Counted from the stretch's first letter, positions 22,726 to 36,583 are shown. The stretch: DNA of 64,000 bases from Octopus sinensis (GCF_006345805.1 NC_043005.1:5022001-5086000); one strand, 5' to 3'. Notes: generated by a model from the sequence alone, not told the origin. Translations and numbers: made by a program.

Positions 22726-23974
22726 GTTTTACTCTTTATCGTTTATTAAACTTTTAATACTTTTGATATATATTTAAAATAATATAAATTAATTAATTTT
22801 ATGTATTGGCTTATGTTTTTCATTGTTTGCTTTGCCTAATAGTGGTTTTATCTCTAATTTAATATAATATATATATATATATATATCCAACTATTGTATA
22901 TATATGTAATGCATGTTTGTTATGGTAGTTGTAACAATAAGCAACGGCTCTTGTCTCATCAGAAGGAAGTAATTCTTTTGAGATGGGGTGCTCATAATAT
23001 AATTGGTAAAGCATGCAAGGTAAAGAGAGATATCATAGATTTTCTTTGTATAGGTGTGTTGGAGTTCTCGTCATTGTGTCGTAGTAAACCACAGATAGAG
23101 ACAGGGTCATGTTGTAGAGAAAAGAAAGTGAGGTGGTGAAAGTGAGAGTGATGGGACGAAATAACTGTTTCGTTGGTGAGTTATCATAATTGTCTCTCTC
23201 TCTACCTTTTCCTTCAGAGACAGCATTTCATTACGCCGGTCAGCCAGACTCAGTTTTCACTGACTGACTTTGGCTTACAGAGTTCTTGTATTCATAACTA
23301 TATAAAACTAGCTAGAAAAATAGGTATATTGCAGAGAACAAAATATATTCTTAGAGGAAGCAACTGTTATCTCAATTCTACTCATGAAATCAAATCAGAA
23401 TCAAAAATGGAAATTGTAGTTGTGGCCAATGCCAGTGCCACCTGACTGGCTCTCATGCTGGTGGCACACAATAAGCACCTTTCATGCATGGGTCACTGCC
23501 AGTGCCTCCTGACTGGCTCCCCATGCCTATGGCATGTAAAAATCCGAATGTGGTTGATTCAGGTTCGAATCTACTCTATGCCTAAATGAAGTCACTACAT
23601 ATATACACATATAACTTTTTATCTTTTACTTGTTTCAGTCATTTGCTGGGGCACCACCTTGAAGGATTTTTAGTTCAATGAATTGACTCCAGTACATGTT
23701 TTTTTACAAGTCTAATACCTAGGTTTGTTCGAACAGACGGTCATATAGCTAACTAGAAGCAATGGCCTCTGGGAGCTAATCAACGGCAGCTTTAGTCTTA
23801 TATTTATGGACTGCCATATTAGCTTGGCGATAACTGTTAATTACAAGAACATCTATTCATGGTCTAATCCTGTTTTCGTTTTATCAATGAATGAAAACTA
23901 TGATATCCGGTTGTTCGATAATGGTGGCTTCTGATTGGCTAAAATTTTTGATAAAATTAATTCGTATGGCAAAG

Positions 23975-24140
23975 TAGAGTGCAGAATATTTAGTGACATT
24001 TCTTCTGAGCTCAAATTCTTTAGAGGCTGACTTTCCCTTTTATCCTTCTGGGGGTTGATAAAATAAAGTATCAGTAAGGTGTTGGGGTTGATGTAATCAA
24101 CCCACTCCCGAAAAACTGGTAGCCTTGTACCAAAATTTGG
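23975..24140 (+). mobile_element. SINE family 'A' fragment
   Basis: CTGAGCTCAAATTC...CTGACTTTCCCTTTTATCCTTCTGGGGGTTGATAAAATAAAGTATCAG core. Confidence 0.7.
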
Positions 24141-25878
24141 AAAGAGAGAAAAAAATTGCGATTTTCGTAAATTACCAAGCAAAATTTGAAAATTTGAAAA
24201 AAAAATATCGGACATTGAACGAAACGGCAAAGATCTGAAATCAGGATAGTAGATAGACGAAACTAAATACTGTCAAACATTTAATCCGGTATTTTGCCAT
24301 TTGTTATACCACTCTGAACCAGTCTCCATTATATCTCTATATCCACCAGACACAAACGACAGAAGAGGGTTAGGGGAAAAAGAGATAATGTTTATCCAGT
24401 TTTCTGTGAACAAAGGGAAACACATCAACAATAGCAAGAACAACAAGAATAATTGACTGTTGCCTTGAAGAAAACTCAAAACTTCACTTAAATATTTTTT
24501 TCTCTCTCCTTTTTGTTTGTCTGTTAGTCTTTTTTTTTTTTCTCCAAGACATTCTTCTCTCTGGTATCTCTGTTTACATGTTGTCTGGTTTACAAAAGGT
24601 TATAAGAAGAGGGAAGCTAATTTTACCAGGTTTTATCTTGCCACAACATCTCTGTGTCTGTCTGTCTGGGGGCATTAGGGTTAGTGAGGGCTGCATTACA
24701 AACATCTAGATTCATACATCACATCCTGGATACTGAGAAAATGTATTCAAAGCGCCATAACTAAAATCTCTAGACAATAACAAAAATTAAAAAAAGGCAC
24801 ACCAACACCATTTCGTTCACCCCACCCCCACCCAAATTGTTTCCTCATAACTTCCAGAAAAACTGATATTTTTATATGAAATTTTCAACAAATACGCTTC
24901 AGATAGTGTAGATACTAGTTTACACCTTCTGAAGTATGTTTGTAGGAAATGTCATTAAAAAAATATCTTTCTGGAAGTTATGAGGAAACAAAATTCGTGG
25001 GGGGGGGGGACACTTGTGTATGCCAACACACATACATACATAGATCCGCCCTATATGAGTTGGAATTTTGTTTTTATTTTTGTATTCTACATCTCAAAAC
25101 CTTAAAAAAATGTTTTAAGCCATGTTTTTTTCCACATCACCAACCATCATTATTTTCGTTAGTTTTCACCATGCCCAGATTTCATCATTTTATTGTATTC
25201 CACATTCTGAAATGCTTATAATTCGCATTTTCTTTTTAAAAATTTGTATCTGCACCCTTCATCGTATCTTACAGATTTAAAATGATTTTTTGTTTGTTTG
25301 GCAGGATTTCAAGTGTTTCAGAAAGTGCAAGGCAATAAAACAACGAAATTTGGGTGTAACATCAAATAACGAAAGTAGTGATGGCTGTTGTCATATAAAC
25401 AGCAGAGATTAAAACTTATTTTCTTTGAAGTTTTTCCTTTATTGTTTTGAAGTGTAAAATAAAAAGAGAGAGAGAGAGAGGAAATACTGACAAAAGTGAA
25501 AATTCCAACTTATGTAAGATATCTGTTTTCGAAAGTCTGCCGAAATTAGTGTTACATCGAGTGGTTATTAAAGATATATTTAAACCGAGTAAACCAAGTT
25601 TGGAATCTTATATTGTGTATAAAACTCAAGTTTGATGGAAGTCTGGAATAGGTTGCCCACATAGATTAGATTTTCTCCATTTTGACGGGGAATTTTTCAA
25701 ATTTTTCACACCTTGCATTTCAAATGATGTGGGGAGGGCATGAAAAACTTTTTCAAAATCTGATTTTTTTTCTCCTTGGGGCAGATTTTTCCAAATTTGT
25801 TTTTGCACCAAGCTTACCCTCACGACAGTGATCACGATTATAATTCTTCCACTTTTTTTAAAGAGAATTAAACGCAAT

Positions 25879-26646
25879 GGATCTTTTCCTTTTGAATGGC
25901 ATATGTCAACACAATTTCTAGTTAACTAAACACATTTAAACTTCGTATACTGGTAGAATGTGTTTATAAAACATCATTTTTTCTTGGCTTTATTGAGAAA
26001 ATTCTATAGTTTGTAAGATATTTCCATTTTAAAATCGAGCATTTCGGCAATTTTAACCAATCGCTCACCTCCATTTGGGGTGAAAACATTCCATGCTGTA
26101 TGAATATGTCCCTCAGAAACAGATTGGGTTTATTTACATTTGCAAAGAAAAAAAGATACCCTTCCCCCACCCCTAACCCTAAAACAGATTGAAATGCAAT
26201 AGATCGATACTAGGGTTATAATTATGGGTGACAATTTCATACGACACTGCTATGGAAAATTGGATTTTTTTCTAGCAGTGTTAAATAAAAATATCACCCA
26301 TAATTATAACCCTAGTATCGATCTATTGCATTTCAATCTGTTTTAGGGTTAGGGGTTGGGGAAGGGTATCTTTTTTTCTTCGCAAATGTAAATTAACCCA
26401 ATCTGTTTCTGAGGGACATATTCATACAGCACGGAATGTTTTCACCCCAAATAGAGGTGAGCGATTGGTTAAAATTGCCGAAATGCTCGATTTTAAAATG
26501 GAAATATCTTACAAACTATAGAATTTTCTCAATAAAGCCAAGAAAAAATGATGTTTTATAAACACATTCTACCAGTATACGAAGTTTAAAAGTGTTTAGT
26601 TAACTAGAAATTGTGTTGAAAACTGCTGTTCAAAAGGAAAAGATCC
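25879..26646. mobile_element. 768-bp foldback (almost wholly palindromic) DNA element with 8-bp TSD
   Basis: Arms ~25879-26252 and 26273-26646 are reverse complements. Termini GGATCTTTTCC/GGAAAAGATCC; AACGCAAT at both 25871-25878 and 26647-26654. Confidence 0.9.
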
Positions 26647-28689
26647 AACGCAATCTTTTTTTTAACTCTAGTAGAATAAAATCTAAAAACAATAATGAAA
26701 CCGTATTGGAAAGTTTCTTTATTTGCATATATAAACAGGTACATCTTTTAGAACATTGTCATTTTATAAGATTTTGCTGACAAATTCTTAAATTCATAAA
26801 TATTAGTGAAATGTAAATTAAATATGCACCATTTTATGTGAAACAAACATTAATATGCAGCATGAAGCTTTGTCAGTGAACAGGTCGCGGTCTCAAAGCG
26901 ACGAAAATATTTTGACAAATCAAATTTAAATGTTGAAGTGAATCTAACGGTTTTTGTGTGTTTCTTAAATGGCTTATAAACACCTTCCACGCTGCAATTG
27001 TTTTTCGTTCTAGTACACGATCTCAGATCAAGTCACTTGCTATGCAAGTACATCTCCGTTTAATAATTAATATTATAAAGTTTAATAAGGGGCTCAAATT
27101 TCACCACCTCCCCCAATTTTAAATTTTGAACTTTTTCATCCATCTATTTATCCCTATCCGTTTATTCATAAAATGTATTTACCAACTCAATGTGGCGGTC
27201 CAATAGAGGACGGTGTTAATGTTTTTAACTCCAGGAAGACATTCATATCTGTCTGTTTATTGAATTAAAAGTTTTGTAAACGTGGTTTCTTGCATATTCG
27301 GGATCTCCGTCATCGAAAACTTTTGAAAAAAAAAATGTCGACAAAAGTTTAAAATTTTAAATTGGGGGGGATTTAAAAAAAAAATTTTTTTGGCATATTT
27401 GTTATCTCGGACATCTAAAACGTAGGAATCCGAAAAAAAAAAAAAAAAATGCATTTTTTCTGGAGACGTGCGATTCTGCCAAATTTCGGAATCAGAACAT
27501 GCTGCATTGGAAGAATCGAGATACAGCTGTGATCGGGGAAAAACTTATGCCCCCCCCCCATTTTCTCCCAAATTTGTTTATTTTTGTGATTTTTTTGCCA
27601 AAAATCCCCGTTTTCGGATACGGAGGTTCCGGAAAATTGCCAAAAAATCGGCATTGTGAAATCTCCCCCCCCCCCACCTTCCCCCGCAACTAATTCAATT
27701 TTAACTTTTTTCCCCAACATTAACCCTAAAACCGCAACCGTAAGTACAGAAATGTTTTGAAATTTTTGTCCGTATTTTTCCGCATATTTATATAAAAAAA
27801 AATTTACAAAGATTTTTGGAAATTTTTTTCAGAATCATAATCTCTATATTTTCCTGCATATTTTGAAAAAAAAAATCGTGAAAAAAGTTTAAAATGAAGG
27901 AAATGGGGGTGGCGGTGGTAATTTAGAAATTACTGTTTTCTTCAGATCCTTCATCTGTTCATGGCTCAATACTTTCAGTTGCGCATTTGTAGTGCGTTGA
28001 GGAACTCTTTACAATGGGAAGTTGATAGTAATCGTAAATATTCCCATTTACCTGGGGCGGGGATAGAGAAGGTGTTTGACTTAATCCAAAAATTTCCAAA
28101 ATTTGACATCTTTAGGGAGGGTGATTGATGACAGAAGGGTAATTTCTAGTGACAAATAAACATATTGGTACATAATCATCATGGCATTTAAGATATATCG
28201 CTGCTTTCCTAATGTCTCCTCGTGAACATGTCATAAGTCTGCATACAAAAGTTCCAGTCGGAGAATGGGGCTCGTGGGGTCGGAGCGTAACCCATCTCTA
28301 TGCTTCATTTCATGTTTGTATTTTGTCCTTGTATCTCATTCGATTTCATTATATTTTGTAAAATTTTAAAAGTCATATAAGCATTGTGTGTCTGACCCCA
28401 ATCAGGCTGTATTGTCCCCCTCTATGTTTGGACCCTTGTGGCTAATAAAGAAACAGGATGTAATCTATGATCGGACAAGTTTTAGCTGTCACTACCTCAC
28501 GGAGAAGGAAAAGAGCAGGGAATTGGGTGTTACTTTCTGTAAAAGAATTTTTGATGAAAACATTTACTTTCTTAGATTTTTGATAACAATCGCCATTGCG
28601 GAAGTACGCCGACCAACTATTAGACCCATCTCACGTAATAATTTATTTAATAATCATTTAGTACATAGAAAAGAAAAAGTGGCTGTCAA

Positions 28690-28960
28690 TAATTTGTAAA
28701 TGCTGTCACGAGCTTTCATATGACTGGCAAGTCCGGCTTTGGACAAATAGACCCAAAAGCTGAGGTTAGAAACATTTTCAGACAGAAAGTTGAGTCTCCT
28801 TTACGAAGTGCTCCTTCCAAGATGGAGTGTTCAATTCTCTCTGCTTCAACTGCTTTACAACCATCGTAAATCGCTTCTTTTCAAATCGATCGAGTTTCCG
28901 TCATCTGTTCCCAGTCTTAAATATGCACACTTAGGGTCTTAAGATTGTTTTTAACAAGGC
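28690..28960 (-). mobile_element. Decayed RTE-type LINE C-terminus with zinc-finger remnant
   Basis: DWEQM...EAIYDGCKAVEAERIEHSILEGALRKGD...LSKAGLASHMKA. Confidence 0.65.
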
Positions 28961-29269
28961 AGTAATGCACGTACATAAAAACTTGTGCAATAAAAACACT
29001 TTAGATATTCTCCATAGAAAACTTCATCGCCAAAATGAGCGAACGGAGAAAAAAATTTTGGATCGATTTCAAGCATGACTTTTCCATGTGTAATAATAAA
29101 AATTATTATATCTGTGTTTTTGATATTAAGATTGAAAAAAAATCGACCTTGTTAAAATATTTTGGACCTGATTTTGCCAAATTCATTCCCGTGCCACTGT
29201 CGCTGAAATATTTCCTAGCTTAACTCTTTTCTCTTTTGATTTTACAATTAAAATGAATTTTTTTCCGAC

Positions 29270-29770
29270 AGTAGCGACGGAGGGGAGAAGCCATTAAAAA
29301 AAATCTTAAATCCATGTTTTTTTTCAAACGTCCCTCCACCCGCATCGTGCCTTTGGAACATCAACCACCGCTAAAATAATATTTTTCTTTCATTAATTTT
29401 CATTTTATAGTTTTCCACATTCTGAAAAATAAAAAATTAATTAAAAACTGCTTTACTCTCCCCCTTCACCTCTTGCTTGTTTCCTTCCCAATTCGAGACG
29501 AAGATTTACCGTCATTTGATGTGTGAGAGACAAACTTTGAATTTTGTTAGAAATTATCTACAAAACAATAATTTCAGTCGTTTAAAATGTAGAAAAGAAT
29601 ACATATATTAGTTGGAAAGTATAATGAAACCAAAAAGATATCTTTGTTTTCTCCCGCTCTGTGTGAAAATAAGAGTTTATTTCTACTTGGGTTTGTCTTG
29701 GGCGGCAGAAGGAAAGAAAAATGGTAAAATTGAATCTGATGGGAATTATGTCCAAGTAAGTCAGGTAAGT
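29270..29770. promoter_or_regulatory. CpG-enriched unique region with outward-facing splice donors (possible divergent promoter)
   Basis: Minus strand ATGACG|gtaaat (29515-29510). Plus strand ...ATGTCCAA|gtaagt (29756) and CAG|gtaagt (29765). Confidence 0.3.
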
Positions 29771-29945
29771 GATAGTCTATTGTTGTTTTTCTCTGAAACT
29801 TTTATGTCATATAGAAAAAAAATTATTGAATTGCAAAAGTATGAAAAAACCCCGAAAAATAATGAAAAAGCAATAAATATATTGTACTTGGAATGACCAA
29901 TTTTAAATACTTTTGAATCTTGCTCATAAGGTTTGGAATCTTATA

Positions 29946-30452
29946 TCTATATATATAAAACTCTAGTTGTGTGAGTGTCTGTCCCCTTCGATTTAGATTC
30001 CTAACTCCTCCCACATTTTGCGGTGCAGTTTAACCAAATTCGGGTATCTTATAGTCGTGATTCATATCGAGCCCGTCTGATTATTAGCGCGCGTCAACGA
30101 TGAGTCTACGATTTTAAAAATAATTTAACATCATTTTTTATTCCATTTTAATGCATAAAATGCATCGTATGTCGATGGCGGCGGAGTTGGCGTCCACGCT
30201 CACACCTGCACCTGTTTGCTTCTCCCCCTTCCCTCCCTCGTGAAGCTGTGGGGAAGGGAGTGTAAAGAAATCAACGTCGTAATGCGTTGTGAAGGAAACC
30301 AGCGTTCTTTTAGAACAACGACTTCATGGCTTGAAGACACCAAAATAAAAATGGCTAAGAAAGCCCGAATTTATAAGGGAAGTAACTCTCTAAAAAATGC
30401 TTATATAGTTATTTCCCTTACAAACCCGAGCAACGCCAGGCGATACTGCTAG
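29946..30452 (+). mobile_element. Non-autonomous Helitron-like element (second copy)
   Basis: A|TC...CCGAGCAACGCCAGG...CTAG|T; homologous to 10873-11507 with fewer internal repeats. Confidence 0.85.
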
Positions 30453-30671
30453 TTGTGTATAAAACTCTATATTTAGAATGAACAATTTTAAATTCTGTTG
30501 GATTTTTCTCATAAGCTATTGGAATCTTACATATATACCATATTCTGCCTAAAAAATGGATCTACAAATTCAATATCCCTACATATTTCACATCTATTGT
30601 CTTTCCTCCACCTCTCTGTCCATTTTGTATCACATCTTAATTTAATTATTTCTTAACCATCCTCTCACACC

Positions 30672-30723
30672 GTTTCCGATGAAGGGATATCATTAATAAA
30701 TATCCTGGAAACAGCTGTAAGAC
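30672..30723 (+). ncRNA. Type I hammerhead ribozyme fold with CCGAUGA core
   Basis: GUUU-CCGAUGA-A-GGGAUAU...AUAUCCU-G-GAAA-CAGCUG-UA|AGAC. Palindromic stem III; the 10.1-11.1 pair is mismatched. Confidence 0.6.
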
Positions 30724-31641
30724 CGTCTATCTATAAATGTTCTAATATCTACACAGCCTTGGGTTTTTTTATCACATTACACCAAAAATTCTTCTATAAT
30801 TATATAGGCTTTCCCCACTTTTAATATATCCTGCTTTATATCTTAGAGTGTACCTCTTTCGGATGACAAAGATACGATGGAGGGATGTGGAGCAAGAATT
30901 TTTCTTTTAATGCAAATTTCAAGTGCTTCAGAATGTGGATTGTATATCGTATGTAATATTTCTGTGGACACATTTCCTTGGTGTCCACACATCGTATATG
31001 ATACACAGGACATATTTCCCTGGATGTACCTGCATCATATATATGATGCATTTTGGTGGACGTCAGTCACCCTCATAAAAAAAAAAAAACCCGAGCTTTC
31101 GGGGTAAAAAGGGTTTTACTCGAAAATTTTACCTTTTAAATTCCCCACCTCTCACAAAAAAAAAATAATTTAAACTTTTTGGGAAATTTTTTTTTTCAAT
31201 CTACGTGAAAAAATACGGAGATTAGCAATATGGCAAACAACAAATTAATTTCAAATTTTATATGAAAAAGTCCAAATTTGATCCCCCCCCCTCGCCACCC
31301 AGCAAAAAAGGGTGCGCACGCGCAACGATCTCTGCGGCTCACTGAAAACGAACGGTTGGAACCAGCGAAACAGCAGGTTTTACATACCTGTAATATACGT
31401 CGGTCTTTTGTTTTCGCTTTAAAGGTAAACAATTCTCATAGAAGCAAACACGATATTGTTAATCTCGAAAATGAGTTGGACAGGCAAATTAGTTGTTTAG
31501 AATGTGAAATACAAAAAGTAGCGGAAAATAATAATAGGCAATGGGTTTAATGCGAATTACAAGGGTTTCGATAAAATAGGGGGGGGGTACTACTAGCGAA
31601 CAGTGGTTCCGGTGCGCGCACACGCACATCCGCGCTAGCTA

Positions 31642-31751
31642 GTCGTAAGTAGTCGATCCTAAATAATTATTTAAACTAAGTAAATAAATTATTTTTATAA
31701 ACAAACTAATGTTAGGGTTAAAAAGTCGTTGTAGGATCGACTACTTACGAT
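31642..31751. mobile_element. 110-bp MITE-like element
   Basis: TIRs TCGTAAGTAGTCGATCCTA and TAGGATCGACTACTTACGA; TA on both flanks. Confidence 0.7.
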
Positions 31752-32869
31752 TAAAAATAAAAAACAGGATGAATTTTTTTTTTCAATGGCTCTCCTCCCT
31801 TCCTATTGTTTTGAAATGTGGAAAAATCCTGACAAAAACGGGAAGTTTGTCTTTATAAGTCTAAGACATTGAAAGTATCATTTCAGCAATCTTTGTAGTA
31901 GTAGGAAGTAGCGCTAGAACTAAAGTATATGAATCCAGGTTCAAACTAATCCCGTGGTGCCCCTTTTTTTTTTTTTGGAAACCGATTACAGATTACCAGG
32001 TGGTAAACTTGAAACGTGTGTGGAACTGGGGTAGATTGAGGTGTTTATACCAGCAGTGGGACTATATGTTCTTGATAGGTGGACTTATCCCATCACGATT
32101 TAACACCACTTGGACTTTAGATACGTTCACTCTGTTGTAAAGCACTTGGACCATATTCTGTGTCTCGGGGTGACTTGCCTCTTTTTCCTACTCCTCTCAG
32201 AGACCCTTTATAATGTTCATTGGAGTTGATTTCTTCAGAGACCGAACCCTAACCTCTGACTATATCCCTATCCTTCCCATATTTCTTTCAAATCTTCTCG
32301 ACCCCTGCACCTTCTGTTAGTAGCATCCAGTCATTCTACATTATTTCTTTCGATCAGTTCAATTCTTTCAATACAGTGATGTTCTGACTTCAAAATTTTG
32401 AAATCTAAACTATTTATGATGTCATAAACGATTTCTCCATAAACTGAGACAATTTAGTTGTTGCCATGGTAATTCGATAGCTGTAGTCAATATATATCTA
32501 TATATATATATACATAGTCAGTGGTGTTGGAGGAGAAAACAGAAATATTAGAATGTTAGACTGAATGTTTTAAATTTACCTGGTTCAAAATCTGTTTTGA
32601 GTTCAAATTCTTCTGTTCGTGATGATCTCATGTATTTTACACTCATGTAAAGAAAAAAATGTACCAGTAATATCCAGTAATTGATTCAATTGATTGTACT
32701 CTACTCTTTAAAAAAAAAAAAGGTCATTTGCTCAGGTTAAAGTATCAACCCTGGACATTATGGTTTTGAGTCCTAGGACTAAGACACATAGGGCTGACTA
32801 CCCAGTTCCCATGGAGTATAAGTGACTGAGATTATAATATTCTCTTACAAAGGAACACCAGTCCACTGC

Positions 32870-33010
32870 AGGGGGAACTCATTTACAGCAGAGTGGACTG
32901 GAGCAATGTAAAAAGTAATATTTTGCTCAAAAATACAGTGCATTGCCTGGTCTGGGAATTGAAACCACAATCTTGCAGTTATGAGTGCAATACCCTAACC
33001 ACTAGACCAT
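32870..33010 (-). mobile_element. Old tRNA-headed SINE fragment with CORE/V-like segment
   Basis: Reverse complement GGTCTAGTGGTTAGGGTATTG...GTTTCAATTCCCAG...TGCTCCAGTCCACTCTGCTGTAAATGAGT. Confidence 0.6.
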
Positions 33011-33329
33011 TTGCCTTTAGTGAAAGAATATATTAGTAAACCTTGGTAGGATTTGAACTCAGAACACAAAAATCTGGAACGATTACTGGAAAGTAGTGTA
33101 TCCAATCTTCTAACAACTCAGCCAATTGATTGATTGCCGTATTATCATTTGATGTCCTCTTTCGTATGCTTGCATGAGTCAGATGGAATTTGTTGTGGCA
33201 GATTTTCTACATCAGGATGCTCTCACTGTCACCAAGCCTAACTTGTTTCCAAGCAAGGTAATTTTTTTCTATGGCCAGAAATGTTTTTCAAGGAAGAATG
33301 GTATTGAACAACATTGCTTGTATGACAGT

Positions 33330-34425
33330 GGTGTTTGTTTACAACCATCAGGACAAGGGTACACACACACACACATATATATTTATACAGATATATGACA
33401 GTTTTCTTTCAGTTTTCATCTTACAAGGCTTTGGACAGCCTGGTGCTATAGAAGAAGAACTTAAGTGCCACATAGTGGGAGTGAACTTGTTACCACATGG
33501 TAGGAAAGTAAGCTTCTCGACTACCCAGCCATGCCTACCTCTTATAACTACATATATTCTTTTTAGAGAGATGTAGGCTTAAATGGTTGTGTCAGTTTAT
33601 CCAGAGTCTATGAAGACTTCACAGAGCCTCAAGTAAACTTGTGAAAGTTTGAATTTGGAGATGTTACTATTAATGTTAAGTTTCAATATGTTTGGGCGTT
33701 TATTAATAGCATTTATTTATGGAACCAAACAAAGTAATATCAGGTTTTGGGTGTGGAACTGTGTTTTGGAAAGAACACCAATATTTATTGCTGCTATTAT
33801 ATAGACTTAGGAAAGTGGCTATGCCGGATAAAATGCTTAGTGGAATTTCATCGATCTTCATGTTCTTAGTTCAAATTCTACTGAGGTCGACTTTGCCTTT
33901 CATCTTTTTGGGGCTCATGAAATAAGTACCTGTTGAACACTGGGATTGATGTAATTGAGTGTTCCACTCCTGCCAAAATTTCATACCCTGTACATCATCA
34001 TCATCGTTTAACATCCAATTTCCATGCTGGCATGGTTTGACTCGGGTCTGGAGAGCCAGCGGCTGCACCAAGCTCCAATTTGATCTGGCAATGTTTCTAC
34101 AGCTGGATGCCCTTTCTTACGCCAACCTCTCCAGGAGTGTAGTGGGTACTTTTTACATGCCACCGGCACAGGAGCTAGTCAGGTGGGCCTGGCATCGGCC
34201 ACGTTTGGATGGTGCTTTTTATGTGCCACCGCACAGGAGCCAGTCAGGGGGTACTGGCATCGGCCTAATTTGGCTGATGCTTTTTATGTGCCACTGGCAC
34301 GGGGGGCCAGTCAGGCGGTCCTGTCATTGATCACATTTGGATAGTGGTTTTTATGTGCCACCAGCATGGGAGCCAGTCAGGGGATACTGGCATCGGCCAC
34401 ATTCAAATGGTGCTTTTTACGTGCT
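33330..34425. mobile_element. Cluster: SINE 'C' (-, 33330-33535), SINE 'A' (+, 33810-33980), RTE 3' UTR (-, 33993-34425)
   Basis: Matches to in-window family copies; the RTE piece carries about 6 internal units. Confidence 0.75.
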
Positions 34426-35254
34426 ATAGTAGAAAAGATTATTTAGATTTAGGCTAGCCCAGGTTGAACAGAATAAAGATCAAAAGAATACTAATCACAA
34501 CCACACCATATATATTTTGTTTGTGTGTGTGTGTGTGTGTATCTGTCTGTCTGTCTGCCTATACATACACACATGATCATGGTGATGGTTGTCCACTCAT
34601 GATCAAGGAAGATTGTTATTGACCATTAAGAATAGCTCTTAATAGACACACACAGCTGCACATATTGTTGACCAAACTACAACAGCAGTTTGCTTAGATT
34701 CTATATGAAAAATGTGTTTTTTGAAAATATAAAATATTTTTGACATTCATTCATTCATGCATATCTGAGGCAGCTCCCTGGTTTGCCAGCTCCTGTCAAA
34801 CCATCCAACCCATACCAGCAAGGAAAATGGACATTAAATGATGGTGCTTGTATGCCAATGGCTATATTGTCTAATCTATTCTTCCTCTTATCAAGACAAT
34901 AAAATATAATTTGAATGAAATTTGTAGCTGTTTCCAGCAAAATGTGCATCCATCTGAAGGCCTGTCCATTGGTTTGCTTTCTCTGTCAGCCCTGGCTTCT
35001 CTATTAACCCATCTAATATTTCTTTTACCAGGGTCTTTGAATGGGTTCACTGTGCAAGGTGTCAAGACTAAATATTTTAGTTTCTTACTTCTGGATTCTG
35101 ATTTCAAATCTTTCTAGTGTCATTCATCATTGATTCAATTGTGCAGTGTTGCCGAATGGCTGAGAAGTTTACAAGGTCTGGGTTCAGTCCCACTGCCTGG
35201 TATCTTTGGCAAGTGCCATTTTTTTGTAAGTGAAGTTGGATTAATGGAATATAT

Positions 35255-35505
<251 letters not shown>

Positions 35506-35602
<97 letters not shown>

Positions 35603-35958
35603 TATATATATATGCTAGATATATATATATTATGTATATATATATATATAATATATATATATATATAGGTATATATACTATATATATATATATGTATATA
35701 TATATGTATATATATATGTATATATATATATGTATATATATATATGTTATTATATATATGGATATATATATGATATATATATATGTATATATATTATATA
35801 TATATATATATAGTATATATATATATAGATGTATATATATAGTATATATATATATACATACATATATATTATACATATATATATACATTACATTATATAT
35901 ATATATACATATATATATATATTTATATTTTTATTATATTAATAATATATATATATAA

Positions 35959-35990
<32 letters not shown>

Positions 35991-35991
35991 G

Positions 35992-36028
<37 letters not shown>

Positions 36029-36111
36029 GATATATATATATATATACATATCATATATATAATATATATATATATACATATATAATTAATATATATACAT
36101 ATACGTATATA

Positions 36112-36161
<50 letters not shown>

Positions 36162-36162
36162 G

Positions 36163-36199
<37 letters not shown>

Positions 36200-36209
36200 A
36201 TAACATATA

Positions 36210-36240
<31 letters not shown>

Positions 36241-36539
36241 TACTATATATTATATAATATATATATATATATATTATATACATATATATATTTTTTTTTT
36301 TTTTTTTTTTTTGTACTTGTTTCGGTCATTTGACTGCGGCCATGCTGGAGCACCGCCTTAGAGTGGTGAAAGAGTACAGCAGGATCACCACCATCCCCTG
36401 CCGGAGCCTCGTGGAGCTTTTTTAGGTGTTTTCGCTCAATAAACACACACAACGCCCGGTCTGGGAATCGAAACCGCGATCCTCCGACCGCAAGTCCGCT
36501 GCCCTAACCACTGGGCCATTGCCCTCCATACATATATAT

Positions 36540-36583
<44 letters not shown>

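Noticed and set aside
24307-24400. Further minus-strand exon candidates (27-nt RYNGDWFRV at ~24308-24334; also ~16050-16082, ~20865-20903, ~27935-28010, ~32330-32447)
   Set aside because: One splice site is weak in each case and the frame cannot be tied to the better-supported exons.
27300-27900. CpG-rich, homopolymer-laden segment with several short ORFs (similar at ~24130-24240, 25680-25800, 31075-31300)
   Set aside because: The pattern of inflated homopolymers suggests low-quality long-read consensus of some repeat. The ORFs are not interpretable.
34871-35117. Protein-like open frames on both strands (e.g. TLVKEILDGLIEKPGLTEKANQW) with possible splice sites
   Set aside because: There are several mutually exclusive exon readings, weak donors and no recognisable homology. 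It merits an RNA-seq look but cannot be supported as a feature.
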